This document shows positions 38,399 through 51,483 of a DNA stretch of 64,000 nt, piece after piece. The position numbers and the translations under genes are program-made. Numbering within the stretch: position 1 is the stretch's first letter; each line of letters starts with the position of its first letter. The stretch comes from Squalus acanthias (taxonomy: Eukaryota). A model generated the notes under the pieces. That model was not told where the DNA came from and made no database searches. It saw only the letters and a list, made by a program, of their open reading frames with translations. The stretch lies in contig JASTWF010000033.1 of NCBI GenBank assembly GCA_030390025.1, positions 6,264,001-6,328,000 on the forward strand. Reading direction: 5' to 3'.

Positions 38399-39424
38399 TG
38401 TAAGTGTTTTTTTGATCCTAGCTCAATTGCTAGACGGACGGTTCAAATCGCCCCCGCCTTACGAAAATTGTACACCCGGGAATTATTATTCAGAGTGTAA
38501 ATGAAATAAGTCGCGGACAGGAATGCTTCGGTGAGAAATCAATCTTATATTTATTTGGTCTAACATACACTGGCTAAAACATTCACTACTAAACTAAATC
38601 ACTGTCTCTGTGGAGAATAAAATCCAGGTTACAAATAACATACATACAGTACAAAACTTAGGACTATGAATAAGGTAATTCCCTTGTTGCTATGGTGGAC
38701 TCTAATTCCACCCCTACCAACGAATTACCCAGTCGCATAAGCCGTTTCGCCTGGCTGAAACAAACAAAGCTCCCACCCCGGAATAGCCCAAAAACTTCAC
38801 TTCTGAGAAAAACTCTGAGCCCTCTGGTTACCGGCTTGGGACATTCGAGATCATGCTTAACCCCACACACAGTCCGTCTCGATCGCTCCACTTAGCTGCT
38901 TCTTCCTCTGGTACATCTTGTTAGGTCGAGCTTGTTGGGGCGAGAGAGAGACAGAGATAGAGAGAAAGGTGGGAAAGGGTTTATCTTTTTGGAGTCTCGC
39001 TACCCCTATGTATCCCGCCAATTTTTAAAATCATTTTATTTCTAAGCACTACGGTGCTTAATCAGTGATGGGGTCATCCATGAGTATTCCATGATTGGAC
39101 TAATGGCCCTAAGTCTGGGATATATTTCGGTCTTTGTGTTGGGCAAAACTGGCTCCTCTCCAGCTGGCTAGGCCACTGGGTTCATTGTTCTGCTTCTCTT
39201 CTCAGATGGAGGTGAGAAGAGCTTTTCCATATTCTGGATGACTGACAGTTGTTTTTTCACAGCCAACTGTCATGCGTTTTCTGGAGTTTTAACAAACCAG
39301 TTATTCACATATTTACACAGGGTGATCCCATCACAGGGAAAATAACCTCAGAAAATTTCCATAAAGTCCACAAAATATTCTCGACTGAGTCCATTCTTCA
39401 AACAGAGACTTTGCGATCTCTTCA
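38399..39424 (-). repeat. 5' LTR of ERV 2
   Basis: Direct repeat of 26937-27970; its TATA position is mutated (CAAAAA on the minus strand). Confidence 0.93.
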
Positions 39425-42400
39425 GATATTAGGTGGATTTGGGAGCAGCTGCCGATATTAGATGTGGTTATGAAGAGCTGCGGATATTAGGTGGTGTGGG
39501 GAGGCCCTGAGGATATTAGGTGGGATGGTGAGGAGCTCAGGATATTAGGTGGGGTGGGGAGGAGCTGAGGATATCAGGTGGGGTGGGGAGGAGCTGAGGA
39601 TATTAGATGGGGTGGGGAGGAGCTCAGGATATTAGGTGGGGTGGGGAGGAGCTGAGGATATTAGGTGGGGTGGGGAGGAGCTGAGGACAAAAGGTGGGGT
39701 GGGGAGGAGCTGAGGATATTAGGTGGGGCGGGGAGGAGCTGAGGATATTAGGTGGGGTGGGGGGAGCTGAGGATATTAGGTGGGGTGGGGAGGAGCTGAG
39801 GATATTAGGTGGGGTGGGGAGGAGCTGAGGATATTAGGTGGGGTGGGGAGGAGCTGAGGATATTAGGTGGGGTGGGGAGGAGCTGAGGATATTAGGTGGG
39901 CTGGGGAGGAGCTGAGGAAATTAGGTGTGGTGGGGAGGAGCTGAGGATATTAGGTGGGATGGGGAGAAGCTGAGGATATTAGGTGGGGTGGGGAGGTGCT
40001 AAGGATATTCGTTGGGGTGGGGAGGAGCTGAGGATATTAGGTGGGGTGGGGAGGAGCTGAGGATATTAGATGGTGTGGGGAGGAGCTGAAGATATTAGGT
40101 GGGGTGGGGAGGAGCTGAGGATATTAGTTGGGTTCAGGATGAGCTGTGGATATTAGGTGGGGTCGGGAGGAGCTGAGGATATTAGGTGGGGTGGAGAGAA
40201 GCTGAGGATATTAGGTGGGGAGGAGCTGAGGATATTAGGTGGGGTGGGGAGGAGCTGAGGATATTAGGTGGGGTGGGGAGGAGCTGAGGATATTAGGTGG
40301 GGTGGGTAGGAGCTGAAGATATTAGTTGGGGTGGGGAGGAGCCGAGGATATTAGGTGGGGTGGGGTGGAGCTGACGATATTAGGTGGGGTGGGGGGGAGC
40401 TGAGGATATTAGGTGAATTGGGGAGGAGATGAGGATATTAGGTGGGCTGGGGAGGTGCTGATGATATTAGGTGTGTTCACGAGGAGCGGAGGATATTATG
40501 TTGGGTGAGGAGGAGCTGAGGATATTATCTGGGGTGGGGGGAGCTGAGGATATTAGGTGGAGTAGGGAGGTGCTGAGGATATTAGGTGGGGTGTGGAAGA
40601 GCTGAGGATATTAGGTGGGTTCAGGAGGAGCTGAGGATATTAGGTGGGGTGGGGAGGAGCTGAGGATATTAGAGGGTTGGGATGAGCTGAGGATATTAAG
40701 TGGGCTGGGGAGGAGCTGCGGATATCAGATGGGGTAGGGAGGAGCTGAGGATATTAGGTGGGGTGGCGAGGAGCTGCGGATATCAGATGGGGAAGGGAGG
40801 AGCTGAGGATATTAGGTGGGGTGGGGAGGAGCTGAGGATATTAGGTGGGGTGGGGAGGAGCTGAGGAAATTAGTTGGGGTTTGGGAGGAACTGAGGATAT
40901 TAGTTGGGTTCAGGATGAGCTGTGGATATTAGGTAGGGTGGGGAGGAGCTGAGGATATTAGGTGGGGTGGAGAGAAGCTGAGGATATTAGGTGGGGAGGA
41001 GCTGATGATATTAGGTGGGGTGGGGTTGAGCTGAGGATATTAGGTGGGGTGGGTAGGAGCTGAAGATATTAGGTGGGGTGGAGAGGAGCTGAGGATATTA
41101 GTTGGGGTGTGGAGGAGCTGAGGATATTAGGTGAGGTGGGGAGGAGCTGAGGATATTAGGTGGGGTGGGGAGGTGCTGAGGATATTAGGTGGGTTCACGA
41201 GGAGCGGAGGATATTAGGTGGGGTGAGGAGGAGCTGAGGACATTATCTGGGGTGGGAGGAGCTGAGGATATTAGGTGGGGTGGGGAGGTGCTGAGGATAT
41301 TAAGTGGGGTGGGAAGGAGCTGAGTATATCAGATGGGGTGGGGAGGAGCTGAGGATATTACTTGGGGTCGGAGGAGCTGAGGATATTAGTTGGGGTGGGG
41401 AGTTGCTGAGGATATTCGTTGGGGTGGGGAGGAGCTGAGGATATTAGTTTGGGTGGGGAGGTGCTGAGGATATTAAGTGGGGTGGGGAGGAGCTGAGGAT
41501 ATTAGATGGGGTGGGAGGTGCTGAGGATATTAGGTGGGGTGTGGAGGAGCTGAAGATATTAGGTGGGTTCAGGAGAAGCTGAGGATATTAGGTGGGTTCA
41601 GGAGGAGCTGAGGATATTAGGTGGGGTGGGGAGGAGCTGAGGATATTAGAGGGTTGGGATGAGCTGAGGATATTAGGTGGGGTGGGTAGGAGCTGAGTAT
41701 ATCAGATGGGGTGGGGAGGAGCTGAGGATATTAGATGGGTTGGGGAGGAGCTGAGGATATTACTTGCGGTCGGAGGAGCTGAGGATATTAGTTGGGGTGG
41801 GGAGTTGCTGAGGATATTCGTTGGGGTGGCGAGGAGCTGAGGATATTAGTTTGGGTGGGGAGGTGCTGAGGATATTAAGTGGGGTGAGGAGGAGCTGAGG
41901 ATATTAGATGGTGTGGGAGGTGCTGAGGTTATTAGGTGGGGTGAGGAGGAGCTGAGGATATTAGATGAGGTGGGAGGTGCTGAAGATATTAGGTGGGTTC
42001 AGGAGAAGCTGAGGATATTAGGTGTGGTGGGGAGTAGCTGAGGTTATTAGGTGGGGTGGGGAGGAGCTGAGGATATTAGGTGGGGTTTGGGAGGAACTGA
42101 GGATATTAGTTGTGGTGGGGAGGAGCTGAGGATATTAGTTGGGGTGGGGAGGTGCTGAGGATATTAGGTGGGTTCACAAGGAGCGGAGGATATTAGGTGG
42201 GGTGCGGAGGAGCTGAGGATATTATCTGGGGTGGGGGGAGCTGAGGATATTAGGTGGAGTAGGGAGGTGCTGAGGATATTAGGTGGGGTGTGGAAGAGCT
42301 GAGGATATTAGGTGGGTTCAGGAGGAGCTGAGGATATTAGGTGGGGTGGGGAGGAGCTGAGGATATTAGAGGGTTGGGATGAGCTGAGGATATTAAGTGG

Positions 42401-45112
42401 GCTGGGGAGGAGCTGCGGATATCAGATGGGGTAGGGAGGAGCTGAGGATATTAGGTGGGGTGGGGAGGAGCTGCGGATATCAGATGGGGAAGGGAGGAGC
42501 TGAGGATATTAGGTGGGGTGGGGAGGAGCTGAGGATATTAGGTGGGGTGGAGAGAAGCTGAGGATATTAGGTGGGGAGGAGCTGATGATATTAGGTGGGG
42601 TGGGGAGGAGCTGAGGATATTAGGTGGGGTGGGGAGGAGCTGAGGATATTAGGTGGGGTGGGTAGGAGCTGAAGATATTAGGTGGGGTGGAGAGGAGCTG
42701 AGGATATTAGTTGGGGTGTGGAGGAGCTGAGGATATTAGGTGAGGTGGGGAGGAGCTGAGGATATTAGTTAGGGTGGGGAGGTGCTGAGGATATTAGGTG
42801 GGTTCACGAGGAGCGGAGGATATTAGGTGGGGTGAGGAGGAGCTGAGGATATTATCTGGGGTGGGAGGAGCTGAGGATATTAGGTGGGGTGGGGAGGTGC
42901 TGAGGATATTAAGTGGGGTGGGAAGGAGCTGAGTATATCAGATGGGGTGGGGAGGAGCTGAGGATATTTCTTGGGGTCGGAGGAGCTGAGGATATTAGTT
43001 GGGGTGGGGAGTTGCTGAGGATATTCGTTGGGGTGGGGAGGAGCTGAGGATATTAGTTTGGGTGGGGAGGTGCTGAGGATATTAAGTGGGGTGGGGAGGA
43101 GCTGAGGATATTAGATGGGGTGGGAGGTGCTGAGGATATTAGGTGGGGTGTGGAGGAGCTGAAGATATTAGGTGGGTTCAGGAGAAGCTGAGGATATTAG
43201 GTGGGTTCAGGAGGAGCTGAGGATATTAGGTGGGGTGGGGAGGAGCTGAGGATATTAGAGGGTTGGGATGAGCTGTGGATATTAGGTGGGGTGGGTAGGA
43301 GCTGAGTATATCAGATGGGGTGGGGAGGAGTTGAGGATATTAGATGGGTTGGGGAGGAGCTGAGGATATTACTTGCGGTCGGAGGAGCTGAGGATATTAG
43401 TTGGGGTGGGGAGTTGCTGAGGATATTCGTTGGGGTGGCGAGGAGCTGAGGATATTAGTTTGGGTGGGGAGGTGCTGAGGATATTAAGTGGGGTGAGGAG
43501 GAGCTGAGGATATTAGATGGGGTGGGAGGTGCTGAGGATATTAGGTGGGGTGAGGAGGAGCTGAGGATATTAGATGAGGTGGGAGGTGCTGAAGATATTA
43601 GGTGGGTTCAGGAGAAGCTGAGGATATTAGGTGGGTTCAGGAGGAGCTGAGTATATTAGGTGTGGTGGGGAGTAGCTGAGGTTATTAGGTGGGGTGGGGA
43701 GGAGCTGAGGATATTAGGTGGGGTTTGGGAGGAACTGAGGATATTAGTTGTGGTGGGGAGGAGCTGAGGATATTAGTTGGGGTGGGGAGGTGCTGAGGAT
43801 ATTAGGTGGGTTCACAAGGAGCGGAGGATATTAGGTGGGGTGAGGAGGAGCTGAGGATATTATCTGGGGTGGGAGGAGCTGAGGATATTAGGTGGGGTGG
43901 GGAGGTGCTGAGGATATTAGGTGGGGTGTGGAGGAGCTGAGGATATTAGGTGGGTCCAGGAGGAGCTGAGGATATTAGGTGGGGTGGGGAGGAGCTGAGG
44001 ATATTAGTTGGGTTCAGGATGAGCTGTGGATATTAGGTGGGGTGGGGAGGAGCTGAGGATATTAGGTGGGGTGGAGAGAAGCTGAGGATATTAGGTGGGG
44101 AGGAGCTGATGATATTAGGTGGGCTGGGGAGGAGCTGAGGATATTAGGTGGGGTGGGGAGGAGCTGAGGATATTAGGTGGGGTGGGTAGGAGCTTAAGAT
44201 ATTAGGTGGGGTGGAGAGGAGCTGAGGATATTAGTTGGGGTGTGGAGGAGCTGAGGATATTAGGTGAGGTGGGGAGGAGCTGAGGATATTAGGTGGGGTG
44301 GGGAGGTGCTGAGGATATTAGGTGGGTTCACGAGGAGCGGAGGATATTAGGTGGGGCGAGGAGGAGCTGAGGATATTATCTGGGGTGGGAGGAGCTGAGG
44401 ATATTAGGTGGGGTGGGGAGGTGCTGAGGATATTAGGTGGGGTGTGGAGGAGCTGAGGATATTAGGTGGGTTCAGGAGGAGCTGAGGATATTAGGTGGGG
44501 TGGGGAGGAGCTGAGGATATTAGCTGGGGTGGGATGAGCTGAGGATATTAAGTGGGGTGGGAAGGAGCTGAGTATATCAAATGGGGTGGGGAGGAGCTGA
44601 GGATATTAGATGGGGTGGGGAGGAGCTGAGGATATTACTTGGGGTCGGAGGAGCTGAGGATATTAGTTGGGGTGGGGAGTTGCTGAGGATATTCGTTGGG
44701 GTGGGGAGGAGCTGAGGATATTAGTTTGGGTGGGGAGGTGCTGAGGATATTAAGTGGGGTGGGGAGGAGCTGAGGATATTAGATGGGGTGGGAGGTGCTG
44801 AGGATATTAGGTGGGGTGTGGAGGAGCTGAAGATATTAGGTGGGTTCAGGAGAAGCTGAGGATATTAGGTGGGTTCATGAGGAGCTGAGGATATTAGGTG
44901 GGGTGGGGAGGAGCTGAGGATATTAGGTGGGTTCAGGATGAGCTGTGGATATTAGGTGGGGTGGGGAGGAGCTGAGGATATTAGGTGGGGTGGAGAGAAG
45001 CTGAGGATATTAGTTGGGGAGGAGCTGAGGATATTAGGTGGGGTGGGGAGGAGCTGAGGATATTAGGTGGGGTGGAGAGGAGCTGAGGATATTAGATGGG
45101 ATGGGGAGGAGT
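39425..45112. repeat. 29-bp G-rich minisatellite (~5.7 kb)
   Basis: Unit GAGCTGAGGATATTAGGTGGGGTGGGGAG with higher-order duplication. Confidence 0.98.
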
Positions 45113-45439
45113 TTACGATGTTCGATGCATATATCGTAATTCACAAAGGGAGCCTGAAGCAAACAGGAGAGCAGTTCTGTTATTTGAAATAAATAATATC
45201 TTCACCAACTTCTTCGAAAAGCAGTGGTGCAATGTGAGAAGCCAAGAGTTTACTTTGCAATAAATCCTCAGATTTTCTGATAAAATTCCAAAACCACACA
45301 CCGTTTTAGATGGCTGCCTTTATTAATTATTATTGTTTTTTATTCAATACACTGATGCTTTGCTTCCAAAATTGAAAAGACATTTCTCTACATGACATCT
45401 CACAACACACATAAGAAAACATACAGACTGCGCAGTTAA

Positions 45440-48345
45440 GTGACAAGTGACCATTAACAGAGATGAACGCGAGGTGATGCACTTTGGTAGGAAAATATAA
45501 CATCATGAGGGTAGTGCGGTTGATGTTGTGTATATGGACTTTCAAAAGGCGTTTGACAAAGTACCACATGACATAACTGTTCATAAAATTGTAGTCCATG
45601 CGATTAATAGGACAGGGCAGCATGGATACCAAATTGGCTAAGGGTCAGAAAGCAGAGAGTCGTGGTGGCCGGTTGTTTTTCAGTCTGGAGGGAATTATAC
45701 AGAGGTGTTCCCCAGGGGTCGCTATTAGGACCAGTGCTCTCTTTGATATATTTTAATGACCTAGAGTTGGGTATAGAGGGCATCAAAACTCTGAAATGTA
45801 GCACACAATGAGGAGGATAGTAACAGACTTCAGGAGGACGTAGACTGACTGGTCAACAAGAGAACATAAGCAATAGGAGCAGGAGTTGGCCATTCGGCCC
45901 TTCAAGCCTACTCCACCATTCAATACGCTCCTGGCTGACCTTCGGTTTCAAAGTCATTCATGCAACACCTTCTAACTGACCCTCATTCCTGCATATAAAC
46001 GTATCTCCTTACTCAGTTTACAGGCATATTTTCCATTAGCAGAATAAAATATAATTGGAGCCGAAATCAAGACACTAAATGCCAAGAACATTTGGCTGGG
46101 TCTTTACCCTTATAAACTGTTCCTCAGGCTGGAGGGATTGAGAGCTTCAGAGACGTCCCTGACATGATCCTACACTTCTCTGTGGCGTTTCTTTCGGAAT
46201 CCAATCCCTTTGCTTACAGCATAACCCAAACTCTGATTCAATTAGGCAGACACTGGGCAGATTCTATTGAACACAGAGAATTGTGAAGTGAAAAATGAGA
46301 AGAGGCAATGTGATCTCAATGGTGTAACTGTAAAGGGAGTGCAGGAACAGAGGGAGCTAGGCATGTATGTACACTAATCTTTGAATGCGGCCCGACAATT
46401 TGAGAAGTATGTTAATAAAGCATACGGGATCCTTCGCTTTATTAATAAGCAGTAGAGTACAAAAGCAATGAAGTTATGCGAAAACATTATAAAGCACTGA
46501 TTAGGCTTCAGCTGGAGCATTGTGTCTAATTCTGGACACCACACTTTAGGAAAATGTCAAGGCCTTGGAGCGTGTGCAGAATAGATTTACTGGAATGGTA
46601 CCAGGGACAAGGGACTTCAGTTATGTGGAGAGACTGGAGAAGCTGGGGTTGTTCTGATTAGAGCAGAGAAGGTTAAGAGGAGATTTGATAGAGGTGTTCT
46701 AAAGACTACATAGATTTAATAGAGTAATTAAGGAGCAACTGTTTCCAGTGGCAGTGGGGTCGGTAACCAGATGACACAGATTTATTGTGATTGGCAAAAG
46801 AACCCGAGACAACATGAGGAAGCTTTTGTTTTACACAGCGAGTTGTTGTGATCTGGAATGCGCTGCCTGAAAGGGCGGTGGAAGCAGATTCAATAGTAAC
46901 TTTCAAGGGGGATTTGGAAAAAATACTTGAGATAAAATAAAATACTGTGGAAAGAGCAGAGGAGTGGAATTAATTGGACAGCTCTACCAAAGAGCCGGCA
47001 CAGGTCCGGTGGGCCGAATGGCCTCCATCTGCGCTGTATCATTCCATGATTCTATAATCACCGAGACCTTAGAAAATAAGAAACTGAAAGTGGCAGAAGA
47101 GAAAAGGGCTATCGGGATAATGGTGAACAAATAATTAAAAGCAGTATCACTGGACAGCAAAGCAATTAAAATGTTAACAATGAATTGGGTTTATTTTTAA
47201 GGCAATAGAATTCAAAAGAAGTGAAGTTGACCAGTGGTGGGAAGTGGTGTTTCACAAGGATCGGTGCTGGCAACACTTTTGTTCACCATTTACTTCAACA
47301 ATTAGGACTCAGGAATCGGAAGTGCAATTTCAAACATTGTGGATGCCACCCAAATGGGGGTTTATACTTAATATAGAGGAGGACTGCGACAAAATACAGG
47401 AGGACGTTAATAAACTTGCAGAATGGGTGTGTAACTGGCAAATTAACCTCAATATAGAGAAATGCGAGGTAGTGCATTTTAATAGGAAGAATACGGAGGT
47501 CACAGACTCCTTGGAGAATAAGTTCTAAACGGGGTTGAGGGACAGAGCGATGTGAGGATACAGTTACATAAATCACTAAAAGTTGCAATGCAGGTTGATA
47601 AGGCCATAAAAACAAAGAAAGCACTGGGGTTCATTTCTAGAGGGATAGAATTGTAAAGAATAGAAGTTATGTTAAACTTGTATGGAACCTTGGTTAGACC
47701 ACACTTGGTGTACTGTGAACATGGTCTCCATCTTATAAAAAGGACATAGAGGGACTGGCGAAAGTACAAACAGTATTTACTAGAATGATACCAGAACTGA
47801 GAGGTTACACCTGTCAGGAAAGACTGAACAGGCTGGGGCTCTTTCCTTTAGGAAAGTGAAGACCGAGGGATGATCAGATAGAGTTCTTTGAGATTAATGA
47901 AAGGGTTTCATAGGGTAGATTAGAGAAGGTGTTTCCACTTTCAGGAGAGACTAGAACTCGGGCCATAGATTTAAGATAGTCATTAATAAATCTAATAGGG
48001 AATTCAGGAGAAACCTTTTTACCAAATGAGTGGTCAGAATGTGGAACTCGCTACCACAAGGAGCAGTTGATGCGAATAGCACAGACACATTTAAAGGGGG
48101 AAAGGAATAGAATGATATTTTTACTGGGTTAGATGAAGGAGGGTGGGTGGAGGGTCGTGTGGAGCATGGACACCAACATGGACATTTTGAGTCGAATGGC
48201 CTGTCTCTGTCCTGTAAATACTTTGTAAATTGTATTAAACATGTATAGGACCCGGGTCACGTCACACTTAGAGAACTGTGCAGAGTTATGGTCTCCATAA
48301 TATAAAAAGGACATAAAAGAACTGGAGAAAGTGCAAAAAATAATT
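45440..48345 (+). mobile_element. Cluster of old, degraded CR1 fragments
   Basis: Repeated degenerate RT segments (VPQGSLLGP, EKCEVVHF, RxxNS/AL) and CR1 tails at about 47050 and 48220. Confidence 0.75.
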
Positions 48346-49150
48346 AATACAACAACCACAACTTGTATTTATATAGTGCCTTTAACATAGTAAAATGACC
48401 CAAGCGATTCACGGGAGCGATATTGAACAACACCTGACCCTGAGCCACATAAGGAGATATCTGGAAAGATGACCAAAAGCTTAGTCAAAGAGGTAAGTTT
48501 TAAGCAGCATCTTAAAGGAGGAGGGAGATTTAGAGAAGCAGAGGTTCAGGGAGGGGATTCCTGAGCTTCGAGCCCAGGCAGCTGAAAGCACAGCTGCCAA
48601 TGGTGGAGCGGTTACAATCGGGGATGTGAAAGAGACCAGAATTAGAGGAACACAGAGATCTCGGGAGTGTTGTGGAGCTGGTGGAGCTTGCAGAGGTAGG
48701 GAGGGCGAGGTCATGGAAGGATTTGAAAGCAAGGAGGATCATTTTAAAATGGAGGCATTGCCGGAACGGGAGTCACTTTAGGTCAGCGCGCACAGGGGTG
48801 GTGGTTTACCGGGATTTGGTGTGGGTTAGGTTACGGGCAGCACAGCTTTGGATGAGCTCAAGTTATGGAGGGTGGGTGTTGGTAAGCCAGCCAGGAGAGA
48901 GTTGGTGTTATCAAGTCTAGAGCTACCAAAGGCATGGATGATGGTTTGAGCAGCAGATGAGCTGAGGCAGGGGCGAATTTCGGCGATGTTACCGAGTTGG
49001 AAGTAAGCCGTCCTGGTGATGGAGTGAATATGTTATCAGAAGATCACACCGTGGTCAAATACGACACCAAGGTTGCAAACAGCATTTTTTGGTGCTAAGG
49101 AGAGGGATGGAGTCGGTGTTTAGGCAACGGAGTTTGTGAAGTGGGCCAGA
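48346..49150 (-). mobile_element. L2-type LINE 3' portion
   Basis: L2 terminus plus ILLAFKSFHDLA..RSL.SS..AFS.LG.KL.N.LP and FKMLLKTYLF. Confidence 0.8.
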
Positions 49151-49448
49151 AGCTTCGTGCTTACAAATAATTAGGTGGATGGAACCAGAACTGAAAGATT
49201 ACAGCTATCGGGAAAGATTGAACAGGTTGGGACTTTCTGCTATTAAAGAGAGAGGACTTTGCTGAGGCCTGATAGAGATCTTGAAAATTATGAATGGGTT
49301 GGACAGGGTAGATGTGGTGAGAATGTTTACACTTGTGGGAGAATGCAACACTTGGGGTCATAAATACAAGATATTTAATAATAAATTCAATTGGGAAATA
49401 AGGAGCAATTTCTGTACTCAGAGTGGCTAGAATGTGGACCTCACTACA

Positions 49449-50935
49449 TTCGATGGAATCTGGAACGGTACCCATGGATTGGAGGGTAGCTAATGTTACC
49501 CCACTATTCAGAAAGGGTGGTAGAGAGAAAGCGGGGAATTACAGACCGGTAAGCCTGACATCGGTATTAGGGAAAATGCTAGAGTCCATTATAAAGGATG
49601 TAATAGCTGAGCACTTGAAAAACAGTGACAGGATCGGACAAAGTCAACATGGAGTTACAAAAGGTAAATCGTGCTTGACTAATCTACTGGATTTTTTTGA
49701 GGATGTAACTGGGAAAATAGATAGGGGAGAACCAGTAGAGGTGGTGTATTTGGATTTCAAAAGGCTTTCGATAAGGTCCCGCATAAGAGATTAGCGTGTA
49801 AAGTTAAGGCACATGGGATTGGGGGCAAGGTATTGACTTGGATAGAGAACTGGTTGGCGGACAGAAAGCAGAGAGTAGGAATTAATGGGTCTTTTTCCGA
49901 GTGGCAAGCAGTGACTAGTGGGGTACCGCAGGGATCGGTCCTTGGACCGCAGCTATTCATAATATACATTAATGATCTAGATAAGGGAACTAAATGAAAT
50001 GTGTCGAAGTTTGCAGATGACACAAAGCTGGGCGGGGGTGTGTGCTGCGAGGAGGATACCGAGAAACTCCAGGATGATCTGGACAGGTTGGGTGAGTGGG
50101 CAGAAGCGTGGCAGATGCAATATAACGTGGATAAGTGCGAGGTTATCCACTTTGGTGTCAAAAACAGAAAGGCAGACTATTATCTGAATGGCAATAGATT
50201 GGGAGACGGGGACGTGCAACGAGACTTGGGTGTCCTTGTGCACCAGTCGCTGAAAGTAAGCATGCAGGTGCAGCAGGCGGTGAAGAAGGCAAATGGTATG
50301 TTGGCCTTCATAGCGAAAGGGTTTGAGTACAGGAACAGGGATGTCCTGCTGCAGTTGTAACGGGCCTTCGTGAGACCACACCTTGATTACTGTGTGCAGT
50401 TTTGGTCGCCTTATCTGAGGAAGGATGTTCTTGCCACGGAAGGAGTTCAGCGAAGATTCACAAGGCTGATACCTGGGATGGCAGGACTGACATATGAGGA
50501 GAGATTGGGTCGATTGGGCTTATACTCGCTGGCGTATAGAAGAATGAGAGGGGATCTCATCGAAACATATAAAATTCTGACAGGTCTGGACAAACTAGAT
50601 GCAGGAAGAATGTTCCCGATGGTCGGAGAGTCCAGAACCAGGGGTCATAATCTAAGGATAACGGGTAAGCCATTTAGGACAGAAATGAGGACGAATTTAT
50701 TCACCCAGAGAGTGGTGAACCTGTGGAATTCTCTACCACAGAAGGTAGTTGAGGCCAAGTCATTAAATATATTAAAGAATGAGTTAGATATATTTCTTAA
50801 AGCCAAAGGTATCAAGGGATATGGGGAGAAGGCAGGTACAGGGTACTGAGTTTGGATGATCAGCCATGATCTCATCGAATGGCGGAGCAGGCTCGAGAGG
50901 CCGAATGGCCTACTCCAGCTCCTATCTTCTATGTT
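49449..50935 (+). mobile_element. Young CR1 nested in an older CR1 (49175-51130)
   Basis: Closely similar to 24178-25920; ACTAC duplication at the junctions; the host LINE resumes at 50936. Confidence 0.9.
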
Positions 50936-51483
50936 ACTACCACAGGAGGTGCTTGAGTTAAATAGTTTAGATTATTTCAGAATGAAACTAAACCAGTAAA
51001 TGCAAGAAAGGTGAATAGAAATATATTCTGAGAGACTGAGATGAGGTAGATGCAATGAGAGGAGACTGATATGGAGGATAAACACCAGCAAAGACTGATT
51101 GGGCCGAATGGCCTGTTTGTGTGCTGTATAGTCCAGGTAATATAATCCTCTGAACTACAGCTCAGCTCCACTCTGTCTGCCTACATATTGACCAGGCTCT
51201 TACTCTGGAAGCAGCGAATGAATTGCTGTCCTCAATCGCTGAAGGGACACTTTACAGAAGAGCTCAGAGTGAAAACAGCAAACTAGAGGTCCTGTCCCGA
51301 AAGACAATGTGGGATATGTCAGTCAGAAACAGCGCCGAGTCCTAAACACAGTGCTCGCCCCGCCCCTGGCTGTATCTTCAGATCTCCAGCGATTGCTGGT
51401 GAAAGTCAGTGGATGGCAGTCTGGGGCTGAATATTACATTCCTGGGCTGGAAACACTGGGAGCCGCCTCTGGGCTGCGCTCAG

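Larger units (their letters stand above)
26937..39424 (-). mobile_element. Endogenous retrovirus 2 (lokiretrovirus-like provirus), defective
   Basis: Two ~1.03-kb direct LTRs, a PBS, a PPT and the order gag-pro-RT-tether-RNaseH-IN-env. Confidence 0.93.

Noticed and set aside
26937..39424. Ordinary Gypsy retrotransposon or gamma/epsilon ERV
   Set aside because: The dual RNase H and LPQGF.NSP/YVDD argue against plain Gypsy. The F2-like env segment, and the lack of a visible CX6CC/ISD motif in the homologous env 1, argue against a gamma-type env. Phylogeny is still needed.
39425..45112. Interstitial telomere or CRISPR-like array
   Set aside because: TTAGG is embedded in a 29-bp unit, not (TTAGGG)n; there are no unique spacers and no cas genes, and the context is eukaryotic.
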